From assembly GCA_963924565.1 (NCBI GenBank), contig OZ004612.1, positions 13,020,001 through 13,084,000 on the forward strand: a stretch of 64,000 nucleotides of DNA, in the 5' to 3' direction. The notes beneath the pieces are model-generated. The model was not told the DNA's origin. It did not search any database and saw nothing but the letters and a program-made list of their open reading frames with translations. Of this stretch, positions 39,726 through 52,300 are shown in pieces. Positions within the stretch are counted from its first letter, which is position 1; each line of letters opens with the position of its first letter. Source of the DNA: Ascidiella aspersa. Taxonomy: Eukaryota. Made by a program: the position numbers and the translations under genes.

Positions 39726-42700
39726 ATGGTGAGGTTCATAGCTTCTTTTTCATGCCATTACTCTGGTAAAAAATTATTTGCTATGCTAAATCCCTTTTTG
39801 TTCAAGTCACGCACTGCTAACTCGCCATTAGCAATTGGAAGGCAAAAGCAAATGTATACTACCAAGCAGCATATGAAGTTATCAAAGCCACCAAATATTT
39901 TGCTTTATTGTCCAATGGAAGATCAAGAATCTGTTAAGACTTTGACAAGTTTTGTTGAAGTTTGTCTTGCTGCAAACCAGTATACTGTGTATTCAGTTAA
40001 CTCTGATGTATTCTACAATGATCCTTGGATTGAAACTACAACCCTCTTGGTTTTGTGGAATTCTAATTTAAATAATCAAAACTTAAATATGGTTAAACTA
40101 AATGCCAGACTTCAACAGTATCTTGGAGCAAAAGGAAAGATATTGAGTTTCATGCCAAGTGTGATGCAAGATGTGAAATTTTGTTGTGTTGAAACAGATG
40201 TTTCTAAAACATCTGAAGTAATAATGGATTGTGGCAATTTTGTTGTAAAGTGCTGGAGTGGTATTTACTTAGAACAAAATTTGAAACAAACTGTGGTTGC
40301 AAGAATTTTACATAAGGAAAGTAAACATATTGTGGCAACTATCAACTCGGAGAAGACGGTGGTTACAACATCGGTAAGAAAGTCTCAAAATTCATAATGT
40401 GAAGTTTGGAAACTAGTTTTCATTTTTATGAAATGAATTTAAAACAATAAACACTAGCTTAATATCTGTTTTTTGGGGGATTTATTTATACTTTCAACGG
40501 TTTATCCAGTTAAATTTTGGACACTACAAGTAATTTCAGTTGGCTATTATTAAGGTCATATGGTAATCTATTTGTGGTGCTATTTACTATAGCTAGTGCC
40601 GTTTAATTAATTTTCACATCCTTATAATTTCACATCCTTAAACATGATTGAAGTTCACCATACACCTACCTTGAAAGTATAACATTAAACTATAATTTGT
40701 TCTGTATTTATTTGTTAGCTGCCCCTGCTAGACTTAACACATAATGATGATGCTACTGACACAGTTAAAGTATTCAAGAGTCTGCTTCAAATGTTGATGA
40801 TTCGAATCAGCACTGAACAAGAAACTGTTGGAATATTAAAAAATACAAATAATGTTCCAGAGGGTGCAGGCTTACTTTTTGCCACTTCGATTAATTTACA
40901 AAACCAGTTTTTGTCATGGTAAGCAGCATTTACGTATTGTGTATCATGAGAAGCATTTTTTTAACAAGAGCTTTTGGCAATTCATAAAAAAAACTTTTCT
41001 TGAGGAGGCTTATAGAAGCTTTATATGTACACTGTTTTATTCAAATTAATTACAAAACTTGATTTTTTTTAACATTAATTCTTTTGTAAGAGATATTTAG
41101 GTCACTTTCACATAAGAAAAGCTTTTTTAAAGTTTTATTTTCTGCTATAGTTCAATTTAGTTTATAAAAACAGTCTTGCTTCCCGTAAAGTGTTCACACA
41201 TTTTTTTGTACAATCTAGGTTTAAACTTGAGCCTCCTGTGTACAATGCTGGAGGATTGAAGCTAATTCCTGCTGTGAATTATCAGAAAACAGGTTCACAT
41301 CTTTAAAACTTAATCAGTCATAATTCATTTTCAATGGCTGTTATGCTATAAAGAAATACAGCAGTGACTGTTTTGCAGATCTGCAACATGAGGAATTCTT
41401 GTCACAAAACAGCTTCACAGTTGGCTACTCTGCCAAAGGTGACCCCTCAGGAGAAGAAGGTGTTTGTTGTGATTTTAACTGGCAATGTTATAGAGATAAC
41501 CTGAAGTCCGATGTTTATGGGCACCATGTTGTATATGCAGATGTTATTGGATCCACTATGACTGTATTTGACGGGTTGGTCATTAATGTTCTATGGGTCG
41601 CACATTGTTTTTGATATATATACAACTAATGTCCTTCCATTTCTAAACAAACATGTTTTTTATAGGTTAAGTTTGAAGTTGCCTGAAAGGTCTGGAGTTG
41701 TTGCCATCGCCAAACAACAAACAAAAGGACAAGGTTTTTAGTTGACAAACAAAAAAAAACTTTTCAAATTATTATTTGTTAAATATAGTACTCTAAATGT
41801 GTGAAGAATAATCCTTTTGTTAATCAAGGTATATACAATGTATTTTAAAATGTTAAGGGGGTATATACAATGTATTTTAAAAAGGTATATACAATGTATT
41901 TTAAAAAAGCAAACTAGCAATTCTGGTCAGACACATTAACCAGATCTTAAAAGATATATATATATTTCGCCAACTAAGGCATCTTCAGTATATCTGAATA
42001 AAAACATATATACTGTTGCGTTTGTTTTTATTCAGATATACTGAATATGCCTTAGTTGGCGAAATATATATACATCTTTTAAGATCTGTTTAATGTGTCT
42101 GACCAGAATTGCTAGCTTTGCTAGATTATTTTGATGTATTTTGAAAGGGCAATCTTTGTATTATCCAAGGAACATTGCCACTTGTTTTAAATTTTATAGC
42201 TATTTATCTATTATTCTTTTCTGTTTTTCTTTTGTTATTACCCTTTTAATTAGAGGGGAAGTAATACATTTAATTAACAGGCCGTGGTGGTAACAAGTGG
42301 CTAAGCCCGGTTGGTTGTGCAATGTTTACTCTGGTTGTGGTGATACCTGTTGCTTCCAAACTTGGAAAAACCTTGCCCTTTATCCAGCATATAACTGCTG
42401 TTGCTGTTGTTCATGCTATTCGAGAAATGCCAGGTCTTGGGGTAGGTTCAAGCAATTAAACAATATTAGTTTTATATTGACGATACCGCTTAAGTGCTAC
42501 ATCTTTTTCAATATTTTGACTTTAAAACAAATGTTAATCACTTGGTATCCACTGTTGTCTGCTGAAGTATAACCACATTAACTTGGTAAAAACATCGGTG
42601 TTGTTGATAATCTAAAAACTTTAGGATAAGTAGTCAAAGGCTCAAAAAACACTATTTTAAAACTATCTACCATCGTCAAAGCTTTAGAATTAATAAACAA

Positions 42701-44587
42701 TTATAAAACAGCAAATAACAAATTTCTACTGGTCCTATTTTTCCAGGACGTCGATCTTAGAGTGAAGTGGCCCAATGACATATATTTTGGAAGTTCACTA
42801 AAGTTGGGGGGCGTCGTTGTAAAATCGACCATGTTCCGAAACAACTGTATTGCTTCAATAGGTGAGCTTTGCGCCAAAAATTTAAACTCGCCTAATAGTT
42901 CGTACTGGACTGCATACAGGTGACTGTTAGACTTACCCATCTTCCAATACACGACGACGTGATTAACTCTTCACAGAATTAAACCATGCAGAACAATTAC
43001 ATATTCAAGTGATAGATACGTTAATTTTTATTATGTATAGTTTCTGGAAGGGATATCCTACCATCAAGTGTCAAGTTGTAATATCGGTGCTAGTCCGACT
43101 AAAAGTGGTATCACTGTTAATCTGATAAGAAATGTTATTTCTTTTCTTACATAAAATTTTTGTAAGGGAAATTAAGGCCGCTTTTACACAATTATAAGCT
43201 TTTTAGCTTCATGTTGTACCACATTTAAATTTAGGTTGCAAAATAGTCTTGGATACCATTAAGTTAACACAATCCGCAGCGATACCATCTATTTTTCTGG
43301 CTGGAGAATAGTAACGTAATTTGCTTCAGTACAGATTACAATTTGGCAAAATATCGGGTTTCGGAAAACAATGTCGTGCATCGGACGTCCTCAATTTCTG
43401 AATTTTTTTAGAAGCTGAAATAATTTCGGTTTTTAACTGGCATCTGTGATATTCTTACAGGATGTGGCGTCAATATTGCGAACGAAAGACCTACAGTCTG
43501 TGTGAATCAGATTTTAGAAGGTATGTAGCAAAGAGTGGTAAACAGCTTTTTTACGATTCAGCTATGGATAATAATGCTTTGAACGAATTAAACTCTACTT
43601 TTATAGACGAATATCACATTGCCCAGAAGCTACAGACCGAAGAAGTTATTGCAAGAACTCTGACGGCCTTGGAAAAGCTAATTTTTGATTTCCAGAAGCA
43701 TGGCTCTGACCAGTTTCTTGAACTCTACTACAAATACTGGCTGCATAGGTTTAAAAAGGCTTTTTGCATTTTTAAAAAATACTTTAACTGGTGGTTGCAA
43801 GCTCGATGGCTTGTCCATGTAGTAATGTCCGTGGTAAAACCAAATTACTTTACGTTTTTACTAAGCGGTCCTTGACATGACAAAATTGCCGCGTAAACAG
43901 AGAACAAGAAAGGATGTCCTTTACTTTTTAAGGCGATTATGTTTGGTCAAGCGAGTGAAAAATAGCAAAAATGCGTTGGGAGCTTTAAATATTGTGCTAG
44001 CAGGCTATGGATGTCTGCTAGCTTTGGACGGAGCCGATACCCAATTGCAAGTGGTAGTATCTATACTCGTCTGATACTACTGTGGTATCCGTGGCGATAG
44101 GTAAACCTAGGCAGCGATTTCTGCCTTAAATGGTTAATTTATGAAAAAATGGTAAGTTTACAACAGACATAATAATTTAATAAACTATTTTTACACTAAA
44201 GCAGAGGGTATACCTAAACTGGGTAAATTCATCTGAACGTTGAGTGACATCTATTTTACTTGTAGAATAGCGAAATAACGTTATTTGGTACCAGATCGGA
44301 CAACGGAGTTTTTTGTCAAATTTCGAGTGTCGGTATCGGAATTAAGTTGTCAAGTATTGGCCATCGCTAGAGCTGGCAATTAATGTTACCTTCTCCTTTT
44401 CGGCAGCGGTTCTTACGTAAACGTGCAGCTGGAAAAGGGGTCAGGAGAAACACTGAACGCGTTGGTGGCTGGCGTGGACGACTGCGGTTACTTGAGGGTT
44501 CGTTTGGACGACGGCAGTGTGAAGACACTACATCCCGACGGAAACAGTTTCGATTTGACGAAGAATCTGGTCATTCCGAAACGTTGA
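39726..44587 (+). CDS. HLCS: Biotin--protein ligase / holocarboxylase synthetase; exons approx. 39726-40373, 40719-40918, 41219-41292, 41379-41574, 41666-41733, 42281-42441, 42747-42861, 43461-43520, 43607-43748, 44407-44587
   Basis: KPPNILLY N-domain motif, [21 protein letters not shown] biotin-binding loop, VKWPNDIY...[21 protein letters not shown]-terminal [19 protein letters not shown]. Confidence 0.94.
41827..41907. repeat. Three tandem copies of ggtatatacaatgtattttaaaa
   Basis: Read directly; abuts the left arm of the palindromic hammerhead element. Confidence 0.85.
41908..42133. mobile_element. Palindromic element with two divergent hammerhead motifs (HLCS intron)
   Basis: Arms of about 95 bp are reverse complements. 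Minus arm 41952-41995: AGAUAUA-CUGAAGA-U-GCC uuaguu GGC-GAAA-UAUA-UA-UAUAUCU. Plus arm 42034-42077 has core CUGAAUA. Confidence 0.85.
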
Positions 44588-46378
44588 GAGTTGTTAAAGA
44601 CGACCAATTTTTCTGCGGCCGATAGCGATTTTACCCGAATTTCTTACCGGAACTATGAAATATTTTGTCACAAGAACTCCTAAAAGATTTTAGACATGCC
44701 GTCACAAAACTACGTCATCCTGGAGAATCACCTTATCTTAAGAAACCTAAGGTTGTCGTTCGGTCTCGTGTGCAAATATGCAACAAATGTGGATCTAAAT
44801 ACCAGGGCTGGGAAGCCGCAGTAAAACAGCATTGACTCCGGCTCCAGCTTCGGAGCCATTAAACAAATAACCAATTGCTCCGGTTTCAGCTTTAGATCCG
44901 TAGCATTATTTTTTTTAAAAGTTGCTTCAACACAGGCTGAATTGAGTTACATTTGCCACACTAAACTCTTCAGTAGTTTTCATTTGAACAGCTTAATATT
45001 GTTTCGAGCTGAAGGTAATTGTCATAGCTTAGCTTTCAAAAGTTAAAAATGCCTTCTGCTCCAGCTCCCGCTCCACTAAAACATTAAAGTTGGCTCCAGC
45101 GAAAATAATTGGCTAAACATGTTTCGCTTTACAAATGTGAGGTTTATACAAGCTTGGTTTGTTTCCGTAAATTTTCTTTGTGAAGATTTGCGTGTGAAAT
45201 TGGTTAGTGTCATTAGATGTAATTTGGAGACTTGTTGACCTTTTTTCAATGAAAAAAATACATCTATGAAAATGTTTGTGTCTGCTTTCGATTTGCAAGT
45301 ATAGAAAACAAATAGAGTGTCGAAAACCTTTAAGTTCACACTACTATGCCTCTTATTTAGTATTTTATTTAATAATAGTGTATTACGTTAACCTAACAAC
45401 AATTACAAACTTATTGTTATGTCAAGATTGTTCAGAATTCCAGATTATGACTTAAAACGTCAAATATAAAGCTTGTTCGTGGTTTATTGTTTTTCCAAAA
45501 ACTGATACTGCTTTTTGTAATATATGTAATAACTTACGCAGTTGATCCTCCGTATTGTATGCCGTATACCGTATAGGCATCAACGCATCGCAATTAATGA
45601 ATTTGGTATATAGGGTGTGTGAAAAATGTAAACCAAATTGTTCTTTGGTGTTTTTGCAAGATTAAAAACTGTCGCGTTTTTGGTATTATACAGTTTGGAT
45701 AAGGTTTTTCTGTTTATGCGATACAGCTGGAAATTTGTTAAATATTTCAAGCTGTAAATTGGCGACTTGTAATTAGCTTGTAAGAATTGTCTACTAAACT
45801 TAACTTTTTTCGTGAAGAATTTTCAACAAAACTAAAAAAAATTCAACAAAATTTAGCTGAGCTTTACGTCTGTTTGCCTCAACGTAATAAGAAGTTTTTT
45901 AGTAGGCCTATCATTTGGAAGTATGGCGAGGGTCAGAATAAGAGTTAAACCGGCGTGCCGTAGTTGGGTGACCCCTGTATTAAACAATCATTATGAAAAG
46001 CCAATCTGGTTTTAACTACAGAATTTTATTAGAAGATCAAAACAATACCAACTTTAGCAAAAAGTTAAAACATGTACAAGTGAACTGAGACGGATCAAAG
46101 TGCAATATCGCGAATACCATTTACACATGTCATTGCCACAGCGTTCGGGCCAGGGATGTTTTGAAGACAGCACGCGGAAATGACATTTTGCTTCCAAAAT
46201 GTTCTGGTGCCAAGTTGCATAGTTCGTTCACACACACGCACACACAGCCGATCGCCGAAGCGCCATAAATTGAAGTAAATGCACGTTAACAATTTAAAAT
46301 CGTTGAAGCTAAAATTTAAGGGATTGACATAATCGTTGGACATTATTTATGTACAGACATCATCTTCAGTCAGGCATT

Positions 46379-49300
46379 TTAATGCAGACAGAGGAACCGC
46401 ACCCTAAAATCGGGGCACAGCTTGCCGTCTTTTTGATCGGAGTTGTCGCAGAGAAGTCCGATGGCGGCATTGTCCGCTCTCAAGATTGGCTTCCAAGTCA
46501 AGCTGTAACGAAAACCATTTGAAGATATCAACAACGCGCACAAATGATACAGAACGACATTGTATTTTTTAAACAAATCGCGTTTGCTTGGCTTAACTGG
46601 TGTAGTATATTTATTATGCTTTTAGATACTTTGTTGTTAGAAAGATCCCTTTTTCGTTTACCCCTCTCACAATGATTCATTTTTAAATAACATGTTTTAA
46701 TATTGAAGAAGATGGTTGTGTACCGATGATTAAGAGAATGGAACAGATATATTGTTTTTATTCGAAAAATAGGCTACTTAAATAGTTATTCGCGACTCTT
46801 AACTGATTATGGGTAGTAGTCATAGTCTCAGAATTCTCTCGACAAAGTTCAACGTATTCTTGTTTCATAATATTGTTGAAAACAAGTTACTCACTCAACC
46901 ATCGGTCCCCTGGTCGACACCACTTCTCTTTGCATGGCAACCGGATGAGCACAAGTTTTCTTTATGGCGGGATACATGTAGGCGATCCTTTCCAAGGTCT
47001 CGTCGTCGCCACACCCGGTCGAGTTGTCGGTGTCAAACCACATCGTCCATTCAACCTTGCACTCTGCACGGAGAAGAATATAATATAGTCACGAACCAGA
47101 CGACCAACTATATGGCCTGATTGCAACAGTCTTCGTTGACGATGTATAAAAACAAAGGCAATGTAGGAACAAACTAAAGCAAGACGATATCCTTATAGCC
47201 AAATTGAGTAAAATAAAGGAAAAACGGAAAATCTTGCCACGTATATCATACCATGCCTGAGAATTAAAAAATACGAGTGATCAGCCTAACTAATTACGTC
47301 AAAGTTTCAGGCACATACAAAATTCCGTTTAGTCAACGAAAAACATCTTTAACTGTCCTTGTATAACGCCAATATTAAGCCAAAATCACTTGTACCTATT
47401 GAAAGAAATAACATGCCAATGTAAAATATTACCGTCGGAAGGTGATTTATTTACATTCGCTTTTAGGCTTTTAAGGCCTCTATGTTTGCAAACAGGCAGA
47501 CTGACACCAAATTAGTTCTGGCACTTACGTGACATGACCGACTCGTCTGGGAAGCTCCAGCTGTCCGGACAGTCGTCAGTGGTCATTTGATGTGCGCCGT
47601 TCTGGTAGGCAACAAACACTTTCTTCCACTCGTTCACGTAGAAATGCTTCCACTCGTTATAGCTCGCTTTCCACTTGGACAGCACGTTCATGCACGTCAT
47701 TCCTTCCACTGGTAGAAAAAACAAAAACAATTGATGCATTATTATCGATATGAGGTTAGAATATTGAAAGAGTTTGTTTGGGCCAAAATGGTAAACGAAA
47801 CAATTGGAATATAAAAACAGGCTTTTGTGACACCTGATTTCATATTTTTTATATGACTTATAGGTCCTATTCAATTTACAGAATGACTTGAGCCAAAGTT
47901 TATATTCCTAAATACCTAGAAAAGTCCCAGATCAAGTTTTTACCACCCCAAGTCATTATTCAGACATTTGCCATAGCTGCACTGCACGTCAAGCGCAAGC
48001 AAAGTCATCAGTATCAAAAATGTTATTAAACTTGTTATATTCAGAAATTTAATTTAAAAGTAACACCCTAAAATAAAACAAACACATTGCAAAGCTGTAT
48101 AGAAAATTGAATTACCCGGTAATAACTATTTTGGAAGAAATTTTGGGATCTGCATTGGACGCATATATATAAAGGTAAAAACATTAAACAGCTCTTTCAT
48201 GTTGAAAAAATTGGCACGTCATAATGCACAACATACTATAAAATCGAAAAAAAATGTAGCATTTTCTTTCAAAATTTTGCGTTTACTTTCGGGTAAAGTG
48301 CAAAAAAGTTGGGGGTCACGCACAGCAACGAAATAAACATAGAGCGAATGCAGACATAAGTGAATTGATCGCAGGCCTAAAAAAATGTTGGCTTCCGGGT
48401 TAATAGTAGTTGGACCACGCTGACTAGAACAGCGATTTTAACTGTCATCATCTGTTTGGAATAATAATTTAAATTTTAATTGGACTGGAATTGCTTTGCA
48501 ACGAGCAAGCTATACACGGCACTCCAAGACCTGCACTGTTTCCATGTAGCAACATTTTTCTATACTTACTGAGCTTTACGCATGTCTTGCCGTCTGCCGC
48601 CAGGCCCTCTCCGAAGTCACACGAGCATTTGACGGTTCCATTCATTGTCTTGCACTTGCCGCCGCAACCTCCGTTATCGTACTTACACTCATCTGTGGGA
48701 ATTAAACAAAAATTGCGTCAAACTGATAAGCAAAGTTCAGTCATAAGAGAACTGTGTACAATAGTCAAACCGTTGCAAATAAATCGTTTTTTGCCAAAAT
48801 TAAGATTGTATTTTTAAAATGTGTGTTTTTCTTGCCTGTTGTGGAAATTCATACAATTGCAAGCAGATAGTTTTTAGTGGTATACCTCGATTACGAAGTA
48901 TCCTAATTAATTTGTAATTATATAAAACTACAATATCTTGAAAGAAGTTTACTGTACTTTTTCAAACGTTACTAGTTTATGCATTTAATACCATGTTGAT
49001 GCACCGTCAGGGGTATTGTTTATCTCAGCAATATTTCAAAACACCTCAGGAAAACTGCATGATAAGATGGTCATTATCCAAAGTTATAAAAATACACAGA
49101 CACTAAACTGGATAAACCTTGGTCTATAGTGCCTAATTGACCTCTTTAATTACAACGAATAAACTTGATCTGCTTTTGACGACACAAACCCAGCAACGCA
49201 CCGTGGTAGTGGCAGCCCCACTCTCCTTCCCGGTTGCCGCAGTACTGGTCAGTTCTGCAAGTGCTTGTCTCACAGTCCCACTCCGAGTTGCGACACTGGC

Positions 49301-52300
49301 ACTTCGTGTGACACATTTCGTCGTACGAACAGAAACCGTGCTGCGGAAACGGAAAAAAGTTGATGACTTTGTATGGTATACCTTAAAGCAGTGGTTCTTA
49401 ACCTTTTTTCAGCCGCGCCCCCCTTTGGTAATTTTCTCATGCCTTGCGCCCCCCTATGAAAATCTTATCACTAAGAAAACAGGAAAATAGTGAAGGGTGT
49501 TGTTGATCGCGCGAAGCGCGTAATTTTGAGTTTTATTTGGTCGAATTGGCTAAACTGCAACCGAAGAGGCGTTTCGCATTGGGCACACAACACATTGCGC
49601 GAGCTTGACACATTGATTTTATCTAGCTGATTTTGACGAACGTGTTGCAATGGCATTTACTCCACAGTTGTAAGAGTTGTATGATGTCGAGCGCAAATAT
49701 TAAACATTGCGTTATCGTGTTTCAAAAGATGTAAAGACACAAAATACAACGGCAATATTGCAAAAACAATATAGTTTCGCGCAAAAAAAGTTCGACTCCC
49801 CCTGTTGCTATAGCCTGTTATCATATATAAAATATGGATGAAAAATAGTCCGAAAGGGCGATAGCTTTTATCGTTTATCTTTAAGTTAATTTAATTGGGC
49901 GGTGATACCGTGGATTTTGTAAAAAGGAATTAAAAGATTCAAAAAAAAAAAAAATTTTTGCAGTTTTAATGTTAAAGTTGGCAAAAAACAGAGTTTGTAT
50001 GTAGGAATTATGCCTAACCCAAACGAAACCATTAAAATCACTGCAAAAAGGTAAAATATTGAAGTCGAGCTCGCGCCCCCCTTAGAATTTCTTGGCGCCC
50101 CCTAGAGGGGCGCGCCCCCCCGGTTAAGAACCGCTGCCTTAAAGCGTCAAAGTTAGTACACCCCGGCAAGAAATACTTGTGACAAAAAACAGATACAGGA
50201 TAAATCACTTGTTAATATAAAATTTCACTAGTAATACCAGTGAAATATAACAGCAGAATACTCCAGCAAAGCTAGCAATTCAGGCCAGACACAATTAAGC
50301 GATCTTAAGATTTGAAGGATATATTTCGCCAACAAATGCATCGTTAGTAAATCTTATTCAAGTAGAATTTTAAAATATTTTAACTGGGTCTTACCTGAAT
50401 TTTAAGATCTTTTAACTGTATCTGACCCAAAGTGATAACTTTGCTAGAGTATTCGGCTGTTACTGGTCAGGAATTAAGGTAAAAATTTATCTTGCAAGGG
50501 TTAAGGTGATTTCTATTTTTACATATTCAGTTCAACAGCAAATTATATTATACAAGTTTAGTATAGGCACAGTAGAAAAACGACCGTACGATAAAGGAGG
50601 TCGAACGATAAGTATGTGACTATGCCAAACAACAAATCTTGAGGAAAGGATTTTAAGATTACCGGATAGTAGAAACCTTCGTAGGTACATCCGCATTTCT
50701 CAGCTGGCACGCATTGTAAACCGCTCCAAACGTAACCGTCGTCGCACACGCAAGCTGTTTAAAATAATTTAACAATAAAATGCTGTTTGCTAATAAGCTG
50801 GCGCAGCGTGCCACGTTGCCCACAATGTTATAATGTATGCCGAGTATAAAAAAAGAGTACGAGGTTATTCATAGGAGTAAATATAACTTCTATATTTCGG
50901 TCCATAAGCAACGTTAAGCATTACTCACGAGACCCAGTTAATTGTCTTGTTCGTGGCTTCGTGCATACCACTTACTTTAGTCAGAAGAGAGACGGACCCA
51001 GATAAGCTAACGCCGCACCTCTGCATCTTATCACAGGATTGGTTTATCCAACAGCCCTATGCCCTACTTGCCATAAAATTGACGTCCGTCTGATTTTCTT
51101 ATTTATATAAGAAGCCCTATACGTACTTTCTTGGTCGGGCATTGAGTTGAACTCCCTGATCGCAAGGCATTTTTTAGTATCCAAATCTGCACATATCGGT
51201 TGGCAGGCTTTTGCTTCTGGGTCGAAGTGAGAATTCGGGAAGCACGGAACAGCTGCAGTACAAAACACAACACAACGTTAAATGCAGTTATTCTGGGAAT
51301 AAAGGTTCAGCTTGAGTCGTATATTTTCATATTCAAATTTAGATAGGTAGAATCTTTGCACATTTTTTTAGGGGATATTGATTGATAGTATGTGAAAAAA
51401 TACAGAAGAACTGGTGACAACAAATTGTATATAAAAATATAAACAATTCAGCGAGAGGAATAGGTTATGTATTGAAACACTCTTTGTTTATACCAGTGGT
51501 GTTATAGTCGAGTTGAAACTAAGTGGGTACAATCGAAAGACGTTTAATGAGCCAAAAGTCGAAAGAAATTAGTCATTTCTAAAGCAGTAGTTTTAACATT
51601 TTTATTGTTCTAACCCTATAAGAAGAAGTTTGTGGATTAATATTACCCTATTTTTGTTTTAAAAAATGACCTGCCATGAATTAATGAACTGTAATGACTG
51701 ATGTGAATTCAATTAAGCATCTCCACATTCAAAATTTTAGGAAATGGGAACTATATTAGAGGACAAGTGTAACACCTAGCATAGTTTACAAAAATACACC
51801 CCAAACTTATAATTCATACCACTTTTGGGTTATTGCCTTTTTGAACCACTGACACCGAGTAATAAATAACTACTGCACAATGCTGGTCAACATTGACACT
51901 CACTCTTCTCCAACAAGTCGTGGATAGAGCCTGGGTTGGGGCCGCCGTGCGTCATGCACTCGGTCATGTAACCGGCCACCATTGTCTCCAAACTGATGAG
52001 CAGATATTTGGCGCCGCACAGTTCCTTTTCGCAGGCCAGCTTCAACGCGCTGGGGTCGACTAGTTTCCTGCAGGTGGCGAAGAACGGCGAGTCGAGAAGC
52101 GCGCAAGCTCGGCTGCCCCTGATGTACCCGAGGAAGCGGTCTTTTTGGCAGCGGGTTTCGTTCAGGGGTAGTCCGCCTCGGCAGCTGCGAGAATACGAAG
52201 CGCGCAGGATTATTCGTTTGCGGCGTTCAGACGTCTTTAACGACATCGGTAAGCAATGCTTGCTGTAGGATCAGCAAAAAACGCAATTCCTACTGAACAT

